Positions 28,460-40,747 of a stretch of 64,000 nt of DNA are shown piece by piece (positions within the stretch are counted from its first letter, which is position 1; each line of letters begins with the position of its first letter). Position numbers and translations under genes: made by a program. Under the pieces are notes generated by a model. That model saw only the letters and a list, made by a program, of their open reading frames with translations, was not told the origin of the DNA and did not search any database. Origin of the DNA: the human T2T-CHM13v2.0 reference genome, Homo sapiens; assembly GCF_009914755.1 (NCBI RefSeq), contig NC_060948.1, one strand, 5' to 3'.

Positions 28460-28560
28460 TCCAGAGCTCTCTTATGCCTGTCCTCTTGGATTTTTATTGA
28501 GGCTTTATTACATAGGCATGATTGAATAATCTACTGGCCACAGGTGAACCATCTGATTTT
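28460..28560. mobile_element. MER21-like LTR fragment
   Basis: tttttattgaggctttattacataggcatgattgaataatc...tggcca resembles the MER21 family core. Confidence 0.5.
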
Positions 28561-29637
28561 TGTCACAGTATCTCTAGGCTGTTGCTTCACCAGCGAAAAA
28601 TCTCTGTAGATGGTGGCAGCATTGCCCAAGTTTCTCCTGGGGCAGCTGAGCTAATTTTACTGACTCAGCTTGACAGGCTGTGCTTAGCTGAAATATCAGC
28701 TCAGATTCTATTCCTGCAATGGGTGAGCCAGACACAGAGTAGAGAGAGGTGCCTGAGTGACTCTTGAGTCCAGCCACTGCACATAGCTAAACAAACTGGC
28801 TGTGATAAGGTGAGCTGATACAAGTGCTAGAACAGGTGCCAACACCATGCAAGTCTTTGGCTGAATCAGGCATACCACAAGCTGTTTCCTCCAAAAGCAC
28901 TGGAGAATGCAGTGGCATCCAAAAGCTTAGAAATGCCAGAAACTGGAGAGCCCCAGTGATGGTGTCACAGTTCTGACTTGGAACATGTTTAGGTCTGGGC
29001 TTCTGTAAGGGTTAAGCCCTTCTAATCCTTTTTTTAAAAAAAATTCTTCTAACAATGTGGCAAGTGTGGGTTTGAGTGTTTCAACCCTGTTTCTGTTACT
29101 GTACTTTTAGTTGTGCCATTAAGAGGGTCCTGAGTTCTTGTCCCATGTCCAGAAAGAATGACATATGTGGGACAATGGAGGGTAACCAAGGTAAATAGAT
29201 GCTTTATTGGGTGAAGATACCGATCTCAGGAGACACAAAGTGGGTAACTCCATTTTACAAAGAGGACATACCTGCATCTGCGAAACACTCAGTAAATAGG
29301 AGACCCAGAGATACAAATTTCAGTAGACAGAAAGGTTGTGTAAACACCTCTGAAGCCCTTAGTGGAGGGGGGATTCACAGTGGGTAGCTTCTATCAGCAG
29401 GAAGGTTATTGAGATGTCTCTACATCCCTTAGTTAGGAGGAGACCTATCTATCTGCAGGCAGGCAATCCCAGTAAGTGTATAAGTCTCAGTTAGAGGAGG
29501 CCCACAGTTGGTGGCTCCACCATGAAGACAAGTTATTTCAAAATCTGAATAAGTCTGAAGTTCACATGGACTTCAGAGGACAGAAAGAGTGTGATGACTG
29601 GTCCATTGGAGAACACGAGTGAGACAGAAAAAGACAT
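28561..29637 (-). mobile_element. MER52-like ERV1 LTR, truncated at the telomeric array
   Basis: Start tgtcacagtatctctaggctgttgcttcaccag parallels 9261; internal gggtcctgagttcttgtcccatgtccagaaagaatga. Confidence 0.7.
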
Positions 29638-32125
29638 CTAATCCAAACCCTAACAACTAACACTAAACCCTAAAAATAACCCTAAAATGCTAACTATAAT
29701 CCTAATCTTAACCCCAACCAAAACCATAAACTAGCCACATCCCTAAACTTAAATGTAGCACTACACCTATCCCCAATCCTAAACCTACCCCTAGTCCTAA
29801 ACCTACCCAAATCCCAACTTTTAACCCAAACCCTAAACCTAAATTAAATGCAATCCTAGCCCTAAACCCAAAACAAAAAAACCTAACCCTAAAATTGTAA
29901 TTCTAACACCTAACACATAACCCTAACTCCCACATCTACCCCAACACTAACTCTAAACCTACCCTACCCCTACCTTAAAACCATGACACTAACACTACCC
30001 ATATATTGAACAACATCAACTGCAACTCCAACCCTATCCCCAACCCTAACCCCAAGCCCAAATCCAATCTGGACCCTTAATTGTTACCCTAAAACTAACT
30101 CTAATACATAATCCTGAAAATGAGCATGACACTGCCTCTAAACATGACCCTAAGCCAATCTTAACGCAAACTTAAATATAAATCTGAAGCTAACACTGAA
30201 ACCCTAACACTGATGCTAAACACTAACCCTCACATTACCACTAACCCTAAACCAAATCCTAAAGCTAACACTAACATTATAATCCAAACCCTAACCCTGT
30301 AACACTAACCCTAACACTGAAAATAACCCAAACATATAAACTCTAATCTCAACTCCAACCATAAACAATAACACTAATCCTAAACCTACCCCAGTCCTAC
30401 AACAACCTCAACCACAAACCTCCCCATTAATTATAACCATAATGCTAAAACACTAACCCTAACTTTAAGCCTAAAACCCTATTCCTACCCAACTGCAATG
30501 CCAACTGTAACTATAATTGCTGACACCGAAGCCTATAACTAACCCAATCCAAACCCTAACCACTAATCCCTAACCCGGAACCTAAACATAACACTTAACA
30601 AAACCATAACACTACCCAAACCCTGAGGTCTAACCCTAACCCAGACTCTAACTGTGACCCCAAAAACAACCACAAATTGACCAACAACCCTAACCATAAA
30701 ACACTAAACCTAATAAAGACTGTAACAACTAGCCAAAACAATACATCCTAGATCTAAATTTTAATCACTAATGCCAAACCAAGGCCCTGACCCAAATGCT
30801 AACCAAAGGTGAACAGTAGACCTAAGCCTAACCCCTAACTCAAAATCTAAGGCTGAACCTTAACCCTAACCATTAACACTAGGCCCTAAACCCTAAACTT
30901 CAAACAATAACCCTAACAGGTAATGATAACCCTAACCCATAACCCTAACACTAATCCTAACCCTATCTCTACTACAAACCCAACTCCAACACTAAACCTA
31001 ACACAAACTCTAACCAAGACCAAAACTCCAAACAAGAAACCTAAACATAAACCTAACCATAATTGTAACATAATCATAACCATAAAGCTAAAATTAAAAG
31101 CAAGCCCTATGCTACCACCAAACTGTAAATGCTAACATCAACTTTAACCATACACCCTAAACCCAAGACGTAAACATAACAATTAATAATAAACCTAATA
31201 ATAACCTTCAAACATTTTAAACCTAAACTTAAACTTAATCCTAAATGCTAAATCCTACCTTATTCCTCAAAATTCAACCTAATCATAGAACAGAGCTAAC
31301 ACTAAAAAATAAATCTAAGGCTAAACCTAATTATAACCCCTAACACAAACCCTAATCCAAACACTCAACCCTAAATGTAAACCTAACACTAAACCCTGAC
31401 CCTAAGCCTAAACACAAACCCTAACCCCTAATTCTAACAGAATTTAACCCTAACCATAAGCATAAACCCTAACCCTAAGCATAAACAAAAATGCTAAACC
31501 CAAACTTAACCCTAATCCTATACTGTAACCCTAAACCTAATGCAAACCTAACACTGAGCCTCACCGTAACCCCTTATCCTAACCCTAAAGCCACCTTAAC
31601 CCTAACCTTAAATGCTATACAATAACCCTAAATCTAACCCTAAATCCTAAACACTAACCCTAAACTCTAAACATTAACCCTAACACTAACACTAACCTGA
31701 AAACCTAACCTGAGCCCAAACCCTAAAACCTAAACTGAATTCTTATCCTTATCCTAACCCTAACTCTAAGCCCTAACCCTAACAGTAACACACTAACCCT
31801 ATTACCCTCACTCTCACCCTCACCTTAATTCTAACTCATAACACTAACCATAACGCTGGCCATGACCCTAACCTAGAACTTAACCCTACCTACCCCAGCT
31901 CCTAACCTCTAAGTATAAGCCTGTTTTTTAACCTAAACCTAAGCATAATCCGACCCCAAACCTAACCTAACCTAACATCTAAACCTCATTCTAACTCTAG
32001 CCCTAAACTTAACACTAACCTTGACCCCTGACCCTAATCCTAATTCTAACCCTAACCCTAATCCTACCACAACACTAGCCCCTAACCCAACCCCAGCCCT
32101 AACCCTCAATCTAACACTAACATTT
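29638..32125 (+). repeat. Degenerate interstitial telomeric array (CCCTAA)n, ~2.5 kb
   Basis: Persistent 6-bp periodicity with exact ccctaa units and variants (cactaa, acctaa, ccataa, ctctaa, ccctaaa); almost no G on the plus strand. Confidence 0.95.
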
Positions 32126-32269
32126 CTTCTGCAATTGTAAACCCCTTCCCTAATACCCAACTTCTATCCTGTCTTTAATGTTACCCCATCATCCTTCAAA
32201 AAAATTTAAATATATCCTCGATGACTCTAACCTCTAAGTCCTAATGCCCATAAGAGTACATCAAGCAAT

Positions 32270-32905
32270 ACTTCTTTGTAATTCCAATTGAGTATTCAAT
32301 TAAACATATGATATCACGGGGACAAAAAACTAAATATTAACAAATCTGATAATTATAGACGTCATAATGCTTAAACAAATACTAGTAGATGGAATTAGGT
32401 ACATAGTGAAGACATTACACACCAGAATGACTAAGTTCTTTATTCAGAAAATCAAGGGTTTTTCAACATTCTAAAGCCATCCCTTTTCAATATGTCATGT
32501 AAATTAAATGATGAAAAAACACTACATGTTTATCTCAACTGTTACAGAAAGTACTTAAATATAGTCAACAAATTTAATAATACAAACATCCAAAAAGTGG
32601 GTTTGAATTTCTTTTATATGATAAAACATCTTTATGCAAAGCACATAACAATCATCATTTGAGTTGTTGGGAAGCAAGGCTTTAAGATTAGGAATGCAGC
32701 ACTGATGCCCACTTTCATCACTGTATTCAACACTGTTCTAGAACTTCCATCCAAAACAATTAGAAAAGACAAATATATACCAACACATTCATATGTGAAA
32801 GAAAAAAGTAAAACTATCTACTCATAGATCTCATAATCATATATGCAGAAAATCATAAGGAACAAACAATAAATTATGAAATCTTGTAAACAAATTAAAA
32901 CTTAC
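32270..32905 (+). mobile_element. Old L1 ORF2 (RT region) fragments
   Basis: gatgcccactttcatcactgtattcaacactgttctagaa, gaaagaaaaaagtaaaactatct. Confidence 0.75.
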
Positions 32906-32939
32906 AGGACTAGAATTACTCCAACGGCTCTAAAACCCA

Positions 32940-33970
32940 TAGGGGCAGGTAGATAGGCCTTGGAGCAGAGGCTGTGTTGCTACATTGGGTCCTGGGCTGC
33001 AGTGGCTGTGGGGCTAACAAAAACTATTCAAGTTCCTGGGGATTCAAGTAGAATTACTTAAAAACATAATGGATGTGAAGAAGAGAAAACCTACAATGGT
33101 TGTGAAAGTCCTAATCCCATGATATCAAATAGATATCTTCTGAGTCATGAATTTGTTGTAAAAGGAGAACATGCATAAACCTCAACAACAATGAAACCCA
33201 TTTGAGTGACCCAGGTCATTTTTCTGAGGAGGAAAGCATTGAGGTCAATTTAAGAGATATCCCTTCACAAGTGCAGCCAAAAGCATGCACGTATTTTACC
33301 TAAATATTTCACTAAACATACAGTTCAACAGAGATTCCTAAATTCCCATTTTACCTGAAGCTGCACTAGAACTGCTGATGGCTGTGAACTTTCTAGATTG
33401 CATGTAAATACAGTTGATTGTATATAAATAAAATGAATTGATATAATAAAATAAATTATAATAAGCTGTCAACTCCTTTTTTTTTTTGAGGTGGAGTCTC
33501 ACTCTGTCAGCTGGGCTGGAGTGCAGCGGAACGATCACAGCTCACTACAAGCTCTGCCTCCTGGGTCCACGCCATGCTCCTGCCTCAGCCTCCTGAGTAG
33601 CTGGGACTACAGGCACCTGCCACCACACCTGGCTAATTTTTTGCATTTTTAGTAGACAGGGTTTCCCCATGTTAGCCAGATGGCCTCGATCTCTTCCCCT
33701 CACGATCCACCTGCCTTGGCCTCCCAAAGTGCTGGGATTATAGGTGTAAGCCACTGAGCCTGGCCAGCTGTTAACTATTGTCAGTGTTTAAGACCCGTAG
33801 TTGAGATACTATTTTTCTTCTAGACAGTGCATTCCCTGTATGCAATGTAACTATAAAATTAATTTTAAATAAGGTTGACTTTTGTTATTTGCATAGCAGA
33901 GTTGAAATGTGTTTGCAATATGAACAAACTAAGGACATTTTCACAAACTGTGAAACAAATATGCAACTCA
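32940..33970 (+). pseudogene. ELOC: ELOC (TCEB1, elongin C) processed pseudogene with UTRs
   Basis: Intronless; from ATG 33069 to ~33407 reads MD..EEKTYNGCESP...HEFVVKGEHA...PGHFSEEESIEVNLRDIPSQV...STEIPKFP...ALELLMAVNFLDC vs ELOC; stops and frameshifts; ELOC-like 3'UTR resumes after the Alu. The symbol names the parent. Confidence 0.93.
33477..33765 (-). mobile_element. Alu inserted in the ELOC pseudogene 3'UTR
   Basis: TSD agctgt(c/t)aact at 33464-33474 and 33766-33776. Confidence 0.94.
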
Positions 33971-34134
33971 TAAGTGGGTTTGCCTTATGCTTTGTGTATG
34001 TCTCTTAAAATGAGCAATGGTAACACAAAAATGCTGAAAATTAGGCATAAATGAATAACTGCATTATAAAAATGTTCATAGCTTAGCCAGAATGTTGATT
34101 TTTATCTAAACCTAACATATTAAATGTTTTATCA

Positions 34135-34782
<648 letters not shown>

Positions 34783-34955
34783 TTACTAGGTACAATTTTT
34801 GAAGAAGTAACTGAATGATATCCACAGGGTCAACAAGTCAACTATATGACTTAAGACTTCTTGTACATTATACCTTTTGGGAAACTGAAAGTACTGTATT
34901 TTTATTGACTGTAAAGCAACATTCCTTGGCAATATTCAAAACAGGAAAAAAAAAG

Positions 34956-35117
34956 TCTAGGTGTGGTGTGGTGGCTTATGCCTGTAATTCCATTTCTTTG
35001 GGAGTGAAATGTGTAAGGATTGCTAGAGCCAAAGAGTTTGAAGCTGCAGTGAGCACACCACCCACCACACTGCCACCTGGGCCAGAGACTGAGACGCTTC
35101 CTCAAACAACAACAAAA
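34956..35117 (+). mobile_element. Alu monomer (FLAM/AluJ-like)
   Basis: gtggtggcttatgcctgtaattcc...gagtttgaagctgcagtgagc...(aac)n tail. Confidence 0.7.
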
Positions 35118-35169
35118 TCAGTGGTAGTAATATTTTAAGCTTAAATTTAACCACGGTGCAAGACTTAGA

Positions 35170-36080
35170 CATGACAAATTATAAAATATTGCTGAAATAA
35201 ATTTCAGAAACCCTAAATAGATGTAAAGACATTCCATGTTTCTGGATTAAAAGGTGATATTTTATATGATGGCAATAATACACAAAGCAATCTACAAATT
35301 CACTGTGATTCCTACGAAATACCAAAATTCTTTTGGCAGAAATGGGCAAGCCAGTCATGACATTCATATAAATTTCAAGGGATTCTGAGTAGCCAAAATA
35401 TTCTTGAAAACAAAAACCAACTTGGATCTCAATTTCAAATATTACTACAAAGGAACAGTAATAAAAAGACCATAATACTAGCATAAGGACAAACATATAG
35501 ATCGATGGAACTGAATGTTGAGTCCAAGAATACCTCTATAGTCAATGATTTTTGACATGTAGCCAAGACCATTAAATTCAACAAATGGTGTTAGACCACT
35601 GACTACTAAAATTCAGACAAATAAATTGTACTCTATCCTCATAACATGTAGAAAAGTTAATTCAAAATGCTTCAGAAGCCTCAAAAATTAACTCAAAATG
35701 GTTCAAAAAGTTTAATATGTAAACAGAGGTAAAAATGTAAACTCTAGAAGAAAACATAGGGATAAATGTTCATAACCTTGGATTTAGCAGTAGTTTCTTA
35801 GATATGACACTAAAATCACAGGCAAATAAAGAAATAATTTCCTCAAAAACTTTTGTGCAACAGAAGACACTGACAAGAAAGTGAAAAGACATGTCACAGA
35901 AAGATTTGCACATTATATATGTGACAATAGTGTGTTATCCACAATATATAAAGAAATTGTATAACTCAACAACAACATAAAAGACAAACAATCCAATTAC
36001 AAAATGAAGAAATAGTTGAACACACACTTCGCCAAAAAACATGCGTATGGAAAACAAGCACATAAAAATACAAACAGTAA
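35170..36080 (+). mobile_element. Old L1M ORF2 3' part
   Basis: aaagacattccatgtttctggatt, aagcaatctacaaattca, ctagaagaaaacataggg, tttcttagatatgacac. Confidence 0.85.
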
Positions 36081-36751
36081 AATATATAAGTTCTACTCCA
36101 TCAAATGTTTCATATAATAGCTTTTCTCATAGTCATGTGATGCTGTGTGGTAAAATTACTACTTTTTATCTCTACCTGAGGAACAGACAAGGTAGCAATA
36201 CTGCTTGGGGGTAAGTTTCCTCAGATGAAAAAAAAATTAGCAAAAATGACATTCTGAAATGAAGACTTTCCTGATGGACTAGAGTTTCCAATAAATGTTA
36301 CCGTTCGTACCTCAGCCTCCAGAGGTCAAGAATTTGGGAGACGTTTTTCCCTCAGGTGAAGCCAATGTTAAAGTGAAATAGGTCTGTGGATTGGACTTTC
36401 ATGTAGAAATAGTGTATTTCCTGATATGGTTGTTATGTGGTGGTAACCTGAGAGAGAGTTCCCGCTTTTGGTAAAACACACTGGGATATTTTGCACGAAA
36501 CTGCAAATCCGGCACAGCACTAACTGCTGAGAAATCTGGAAAAAAGGATGAAGTATACTAACTGCTACTGCAAGTTCCTTAGAAGTATGAAATTATTGGG
36601 AAGTAAACTACTTTTAAATGAAAACAACCATGTCAATACCATGAAACTAAAGCAGAGACATTAACCCAAATTTCATTATAGAGGGAAATCCAACGCAAAT
36701 CCAGATCAATGGAAGGTGTAAAACTAAGGGCCCTGGTAAGAGTAGAAACCT

Positions 36752-37310
36752 TATGTATTACATGTGTTACATCTGTATGATGAGTGTTACAATAGTAACT
36801 ATGGGTGTTATATTAGTGTTACAGTTGTTCTATTTGTATTACAAATGTTATATGAGTATCATGAGTGTTATTTTAGTATTACAGGTGTTACATCGGTATT
36901 ACAGTTGATACATCAAAATTACAGTTGTTATATTTGAATTGTGCATGGTATATTGGTATCATGAGTGTTACAGTTGTATTACAGGTGTCAGGACAGCTTT
37001 ACAGGTGTTACATCAGTGTTACCGATGTTTTATTTGTATTGCGGATCATGTATCGTTATTATTAGTGTTACAGTTGTATCGTGAGTGTTAGATTAGCATT
37101 ATGGTTGTTATATTTTTATTGTGGATGGTACGTTGGTATTATGAGTGTTTCATTACTGTTATGAGTATTACACTTGTAAGATAAGTGTTATATGAGTATT
37201 ACAGGTGTTACATTTGTAGTACTGTTGCATCTGTATTATAGGTGCTGTGTTAGTTTACTGATGTTACATTTGTAGTAGAGATGATATAATTTATGAAGAA
37301 TGTTATATAT
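36752..37310. repeat. Degenerate ~20-bp minisatellite, consensus ~TTACATTTGTATTACAGGTG, roughly 27-28 units
   Basis: Parses by eye into alternating 9- and 11-nt related half-units (e.g. ttacagttg tattacaggtg; ttacatcgg tattacagttg). Confidence 0.85.
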
Positions 37311-37489
37311 GTGTCACAAGTCCATGGCGTTGACTTTGCATTGCGTCCACCGCGCCTTGTGTGGGGACGGACCTTGGGTAGCACTAAAAAACATATATTT
37401 TTTTACTTCTAATGTTCCACACAAAGCCATTTTACTAAGCCCTTGATCCTCAACAGTCATAGGAAGGTTTTTACTTATCTCTGCCTCAG

Positions 37490-37730
37490 GCTGTCCCTGA
37501 GCGAGGCGGAGTTGCTAGCGTGTGTGCTGAGGGGAATGCAGCTCTTGTCCTCCGCCGCAGCAGGCGGTGAACACCCGAGCACTCACAAGGTCTGAAAAGG
37601 GTGCTCGCGCGCCGCTGTGCAGGTGGACGGAGGAACTGCAAGACCCACGTGGTCCAGGGCGGCCCTGTGCGCTCCCTCCTGGCTGGCCTGCGGCATCAAA
37701 TAAAGGCAGAGTTCAGATTGTTCTGCGCCC
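37490..37730 (+). repeat. CpG-rich patch resembling subtelomeric TAR1
   Basis: gtgtgtgctgaggggaatgcagctc...tccgcc resembles TAR1 GTCTGTGCTGAGGAGAACGCAACTCCGCC; gcgctccctcctgg (37669-37682) is 12/14 identical to the TAR1 61-bp-repeat motif GCGCCCCCTGCTGG. Confidence 0.55.
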
Positions 37731-37849
37731 ATCATTTTGACAATTCAAACGGAAATGGAGCCTATTATCCTTTTTTTTTTTTTTTCTAAAAATGAGAAGG
37801 AACCAATAACTGGAAACCACAGAAAATGACGTGAATGCAGACGCAAACT

Positions 37850-38300
37850 TTACTTCTTAAACAAAAATGTCCTCAACATAGTCCTGAGACTTAAAATGCA
37901 AAAAAAAAAAATGCTTTCTCATATTAAAAGTTTGCACTCTGTGAAAAATATTGTTCAGTAAATAGACAAGCCACAGATTGAAAAGAAATATCTTCAAAAG
38001 ACAGATTTAAGCAAGAACTTGCACTCAAAATATACAAAGAAAGTTCGAAATTCAAAAATAAAATAGACTATCCAAATAAAAATGGGTCAAGAGCTGAGCA
38101 GATAACTCACCAATGAAGACAAAGAGATGACAAGGAAACAAAAAGATATTCAATTTCATATCATTGCAGGACTGAAAATCACAAGGATGAGATAGCAGGC
38201 CCCATCTATATTTGCTAGTACTGCTAAACTGTTTTTAAAACATGACAAACGATTTTCTGGAGGATAAACAGGGATTCATTCATTTCTGGTGGAATGCAGG
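37850..38300 (+). mobile_element. Old L1M(C) 3' fragment
   Basis: aaatagacaagccacagattgaaaagaaatatctt, ctcaaaatatacaaaga, ttcatttctggtggaatgc. Confidence 0.7.
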
Positions 38301-38474
38301 ATGGTGGGAGATCAGAATACATGACCAGAAACTATGCTTCTTTGGTATAAGGCTTATTTTAAACTCACCATTTTCAGAAAATGCAGACACAGGGGAACTT
38401 CTGAAAGCAGAGAAGTAGTTACCCTTTTGTAAGGGAAATTTACATCTAATAAGGAAATCTCCATTTTAATGAGG

Positions 38475-38640
38475 CTTTCTTTCCCTTCCTTCCTCCCTCT
38501 TCCTTCTCTCCCTCCATCCCTCCCTCCCTCTCTCTCTCTTTCTTTCTTTTTCTTTCTTTCTTTATTTTTCTTTCTCTCTTTCCAACAGTCTCCCTCTCTC
38601 TCTCTTTGTCTATCTCTCTTTCTCTCTCTCTCTCTCTTAG
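38475..38640. repeat. Polypyrimidine (CT/CTTT/CCCT)n tract at the tail side of an Alu
   Basis: Directly visible. Confidence 0.9.
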
Positions 38641-38654
38641 CCACACCCCTCTCT

Positions 38655-38932
38655 AACAGAGTCTCACTCTGTTGCCCAGGCTGTAGTGCAATGGCATAAT
38701 TTCAGCTCACCTCAACCTCCACCTCCAGGGTTTACGAGATTCTCTTTCTTCAGCCTGAGGAGAAGCTAGGACTATAGTCATGTGCCATCATGCCTGGCTA
38801 AATTTTTAGTATCTTTATTAGAGATGGGGTTTCACTATGTTTGACAGGATGGTCTCCAACTCCTGACCTCATGATTCACTCAACTTGGCCTCCCAAAGCG
38901 TTGGGATTACAGTGTGAGAAGAAACCCCGGCC
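38655..38932 (-). mobile_element. Alu
   Basis: acagagtctcactctgttgcccaggctg ... ccccggcc. Confidence 0.9.
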
Positions 38933-39734
38933 AAGACTCCCTTTCAATACCAATAAGAGAAAGATGATGAAATCCATAGAGGTTCTTATTAAGAGACTTC
39001 CAGAAACACCCTCAAAAATGTATACAGAAATGGTACTTTACCAGCTATGTGAGTATCCCTTAATTGTGTCAAGCGAACACTTAAAATTAGCCATTACAGT
39101 ATTTGTGCTGGATTTGTGGCTACAGTTTTAGAATGAATTCTATAAAATTTATACTTAGATATGTCTTACGTATGTTTGTATTTTTTTATATGTGATACTT
39201 TCACATCTCTGAATGTCAGTGCAAAATTAATCTCTAAAATCATTTAAAAGTGCTCTATTCTAGATTGGCTTGGAAAAAACTTAGCACTTATAGGATAAAT
39301 ATTTCTAAAACATGCAGAAAATAGAGCAACTAATCCAAATGTTTTTCAAGTGCAGATTATTTTGAAAAACCTTTGGTAAGTAAAACTATCTAATATTTTT
39401 TGCTTAATAAAACAAGTATGTATTTAGAGTTGTCACTATTCAATATGAAACAGACGTACATTTTTATTTCATTTACTTACCAAACAAATTGATATTATAT
39501 TCACTCAATATTTAAAATCTTAAATCTTATAGTTTGATGCTAATTAAGTTGCCATTCTTATGACCAACATTATTGTAATAATAATGTGTTACAGTATATC
39601 TAATACTGATTTATAAAATCTTTCTGGTAATTTGTAACTTTAAAGTTATGATAAACAAAATAGGTTTATAAAACAAAATAAAAACCAGTAATTACAAAAC
39701 ATAAATTGAAGCTTATATACTATAGCTTCTTTTC

Positions 39735-40034
39735 TTATCTTTTTTTTTTTTTTTTTTTTGAGATGGAGTTTTCTCTTGTTGCCCAGGTTGGAGTGCAATG
39801 GCACAATCTCAGCTCACTGCAACCCTGCCTCCCAGATTCAAATGATTCTCCTGCCTCAGCCTCCCTAGTAGCTGAGATTATAGGCACACCCAGCTAATTT
39901 TCTTGTAACTTTAGTAGAAACAGGGTTTCAGGATGTTAGCCACGTTGGTCTCAAACCCCTGACCTCAGGTGGCCCACCCACCTTGGCCTCCCAAACTGCT
40001 GGGATTACGGACATGAGCCACCACTCCCAGTGCT
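39735..40034 (-). mobile_element. Alu (AluS-like)
   Basis: poly-T, gagatggagtttt...cctgacctcaggtg...catgagccaccactcccag. Confidence 0.92.
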
Positions 40035-40205
40035 CTAGCTTCTTACTTTGAGAGAGACTAAAAGATATTTTTATCTGTTTACGAACATCCTTTCTACAAT
40101 AATGAGACATTATACTATGAGAAAATATATGCCTCTAAAAATTGAGATGGTTTGTTCAAAAATTATGTAACCCACTCTGGAATGCTAATACATGACAAAC
40201 AGTTT

Positions 40206-40727
40206 TTTTGGGAACAAGCTCCCCAAAATCTGGCCATAAACTGGCCCCAAAACTGGCCATAAACAAAATCTCTGCAGCACTGTGACATGTTCATGATGGC
40301 CATAACACCCATGCTGAAAGGTTGTGGGCTTACTGGAAGGAGGGCAAGGAACACTTAGCCCCCCACCCCCACTCAGGGTGGAAAACCACTTAAAGACACT
40401 CTTAAGCCACAAATAATAGCATAAGTGATCTGTGCCTTAAGGACATGCTCCTGCTGCAGTTAACTAGCCCAACCTATTCCTTTAATTAGGCCTATACCTT
40501 TGTTTCCCATAGGGGATACTTTTAGTTAATTTACTATCTATAGAAACAATGCTAATTTCTGGCTTGCTGTTAGTAAATATGTAGGTAAATCTGTGTTTGA
40601 GGCTCTCAGCTCTGTAGGCTATGAGACCCCTGATTTCCCAGTTCACACCTCAATATTTCTGTGTGTATGTCCTTAATTCGTCTAACGCCACTGAGTTAGG
40701 GTCTCCCCGACCAAACTGGTATCAGCA
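40206..40727 (+). mobile_element. 5' LTR (MER9)
   Basis: Repeat of 46735-47250. Confidence 0.93.
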
Positions 40728-40729
40728 AG

Positions 40730-40747
40730 TGGCATCCATTGTTGGGG
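40730..40747 (+). promoter_or_regulatory. Degenerate tRNA-Lys primer-binding site
   Basis: tggcatccattgttgggg resembles TGGCGCCCAACGTGGGGC, just after the LTR. Confidence 0.7.

Larger units (their letters stand above)
38304..39000 (+). mobile_element. MER34-like ERV1 LTR fragment interrupted by a CT tract and an Alu
   Basis: gggagatcagaatac...ctttggtataaggcttatttt...ccttttgtaagggaaattt. Confidence 0.55.

Noticed and set aside
30923-32160. ORFs rich in NP/LT or GL/VR
   Set aside because: Translations of degenerate telomeric hexamers
36752-37310. Possible CRISPR-like array
   Set aside because: No conserved repeat with unique spacers, no cas genes, and the context is primate DNA
38354-38699. 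E/R/K-rich and S/L-rich ORFs
   Set aside because: Polypurine/polypyrimidine simple repeat
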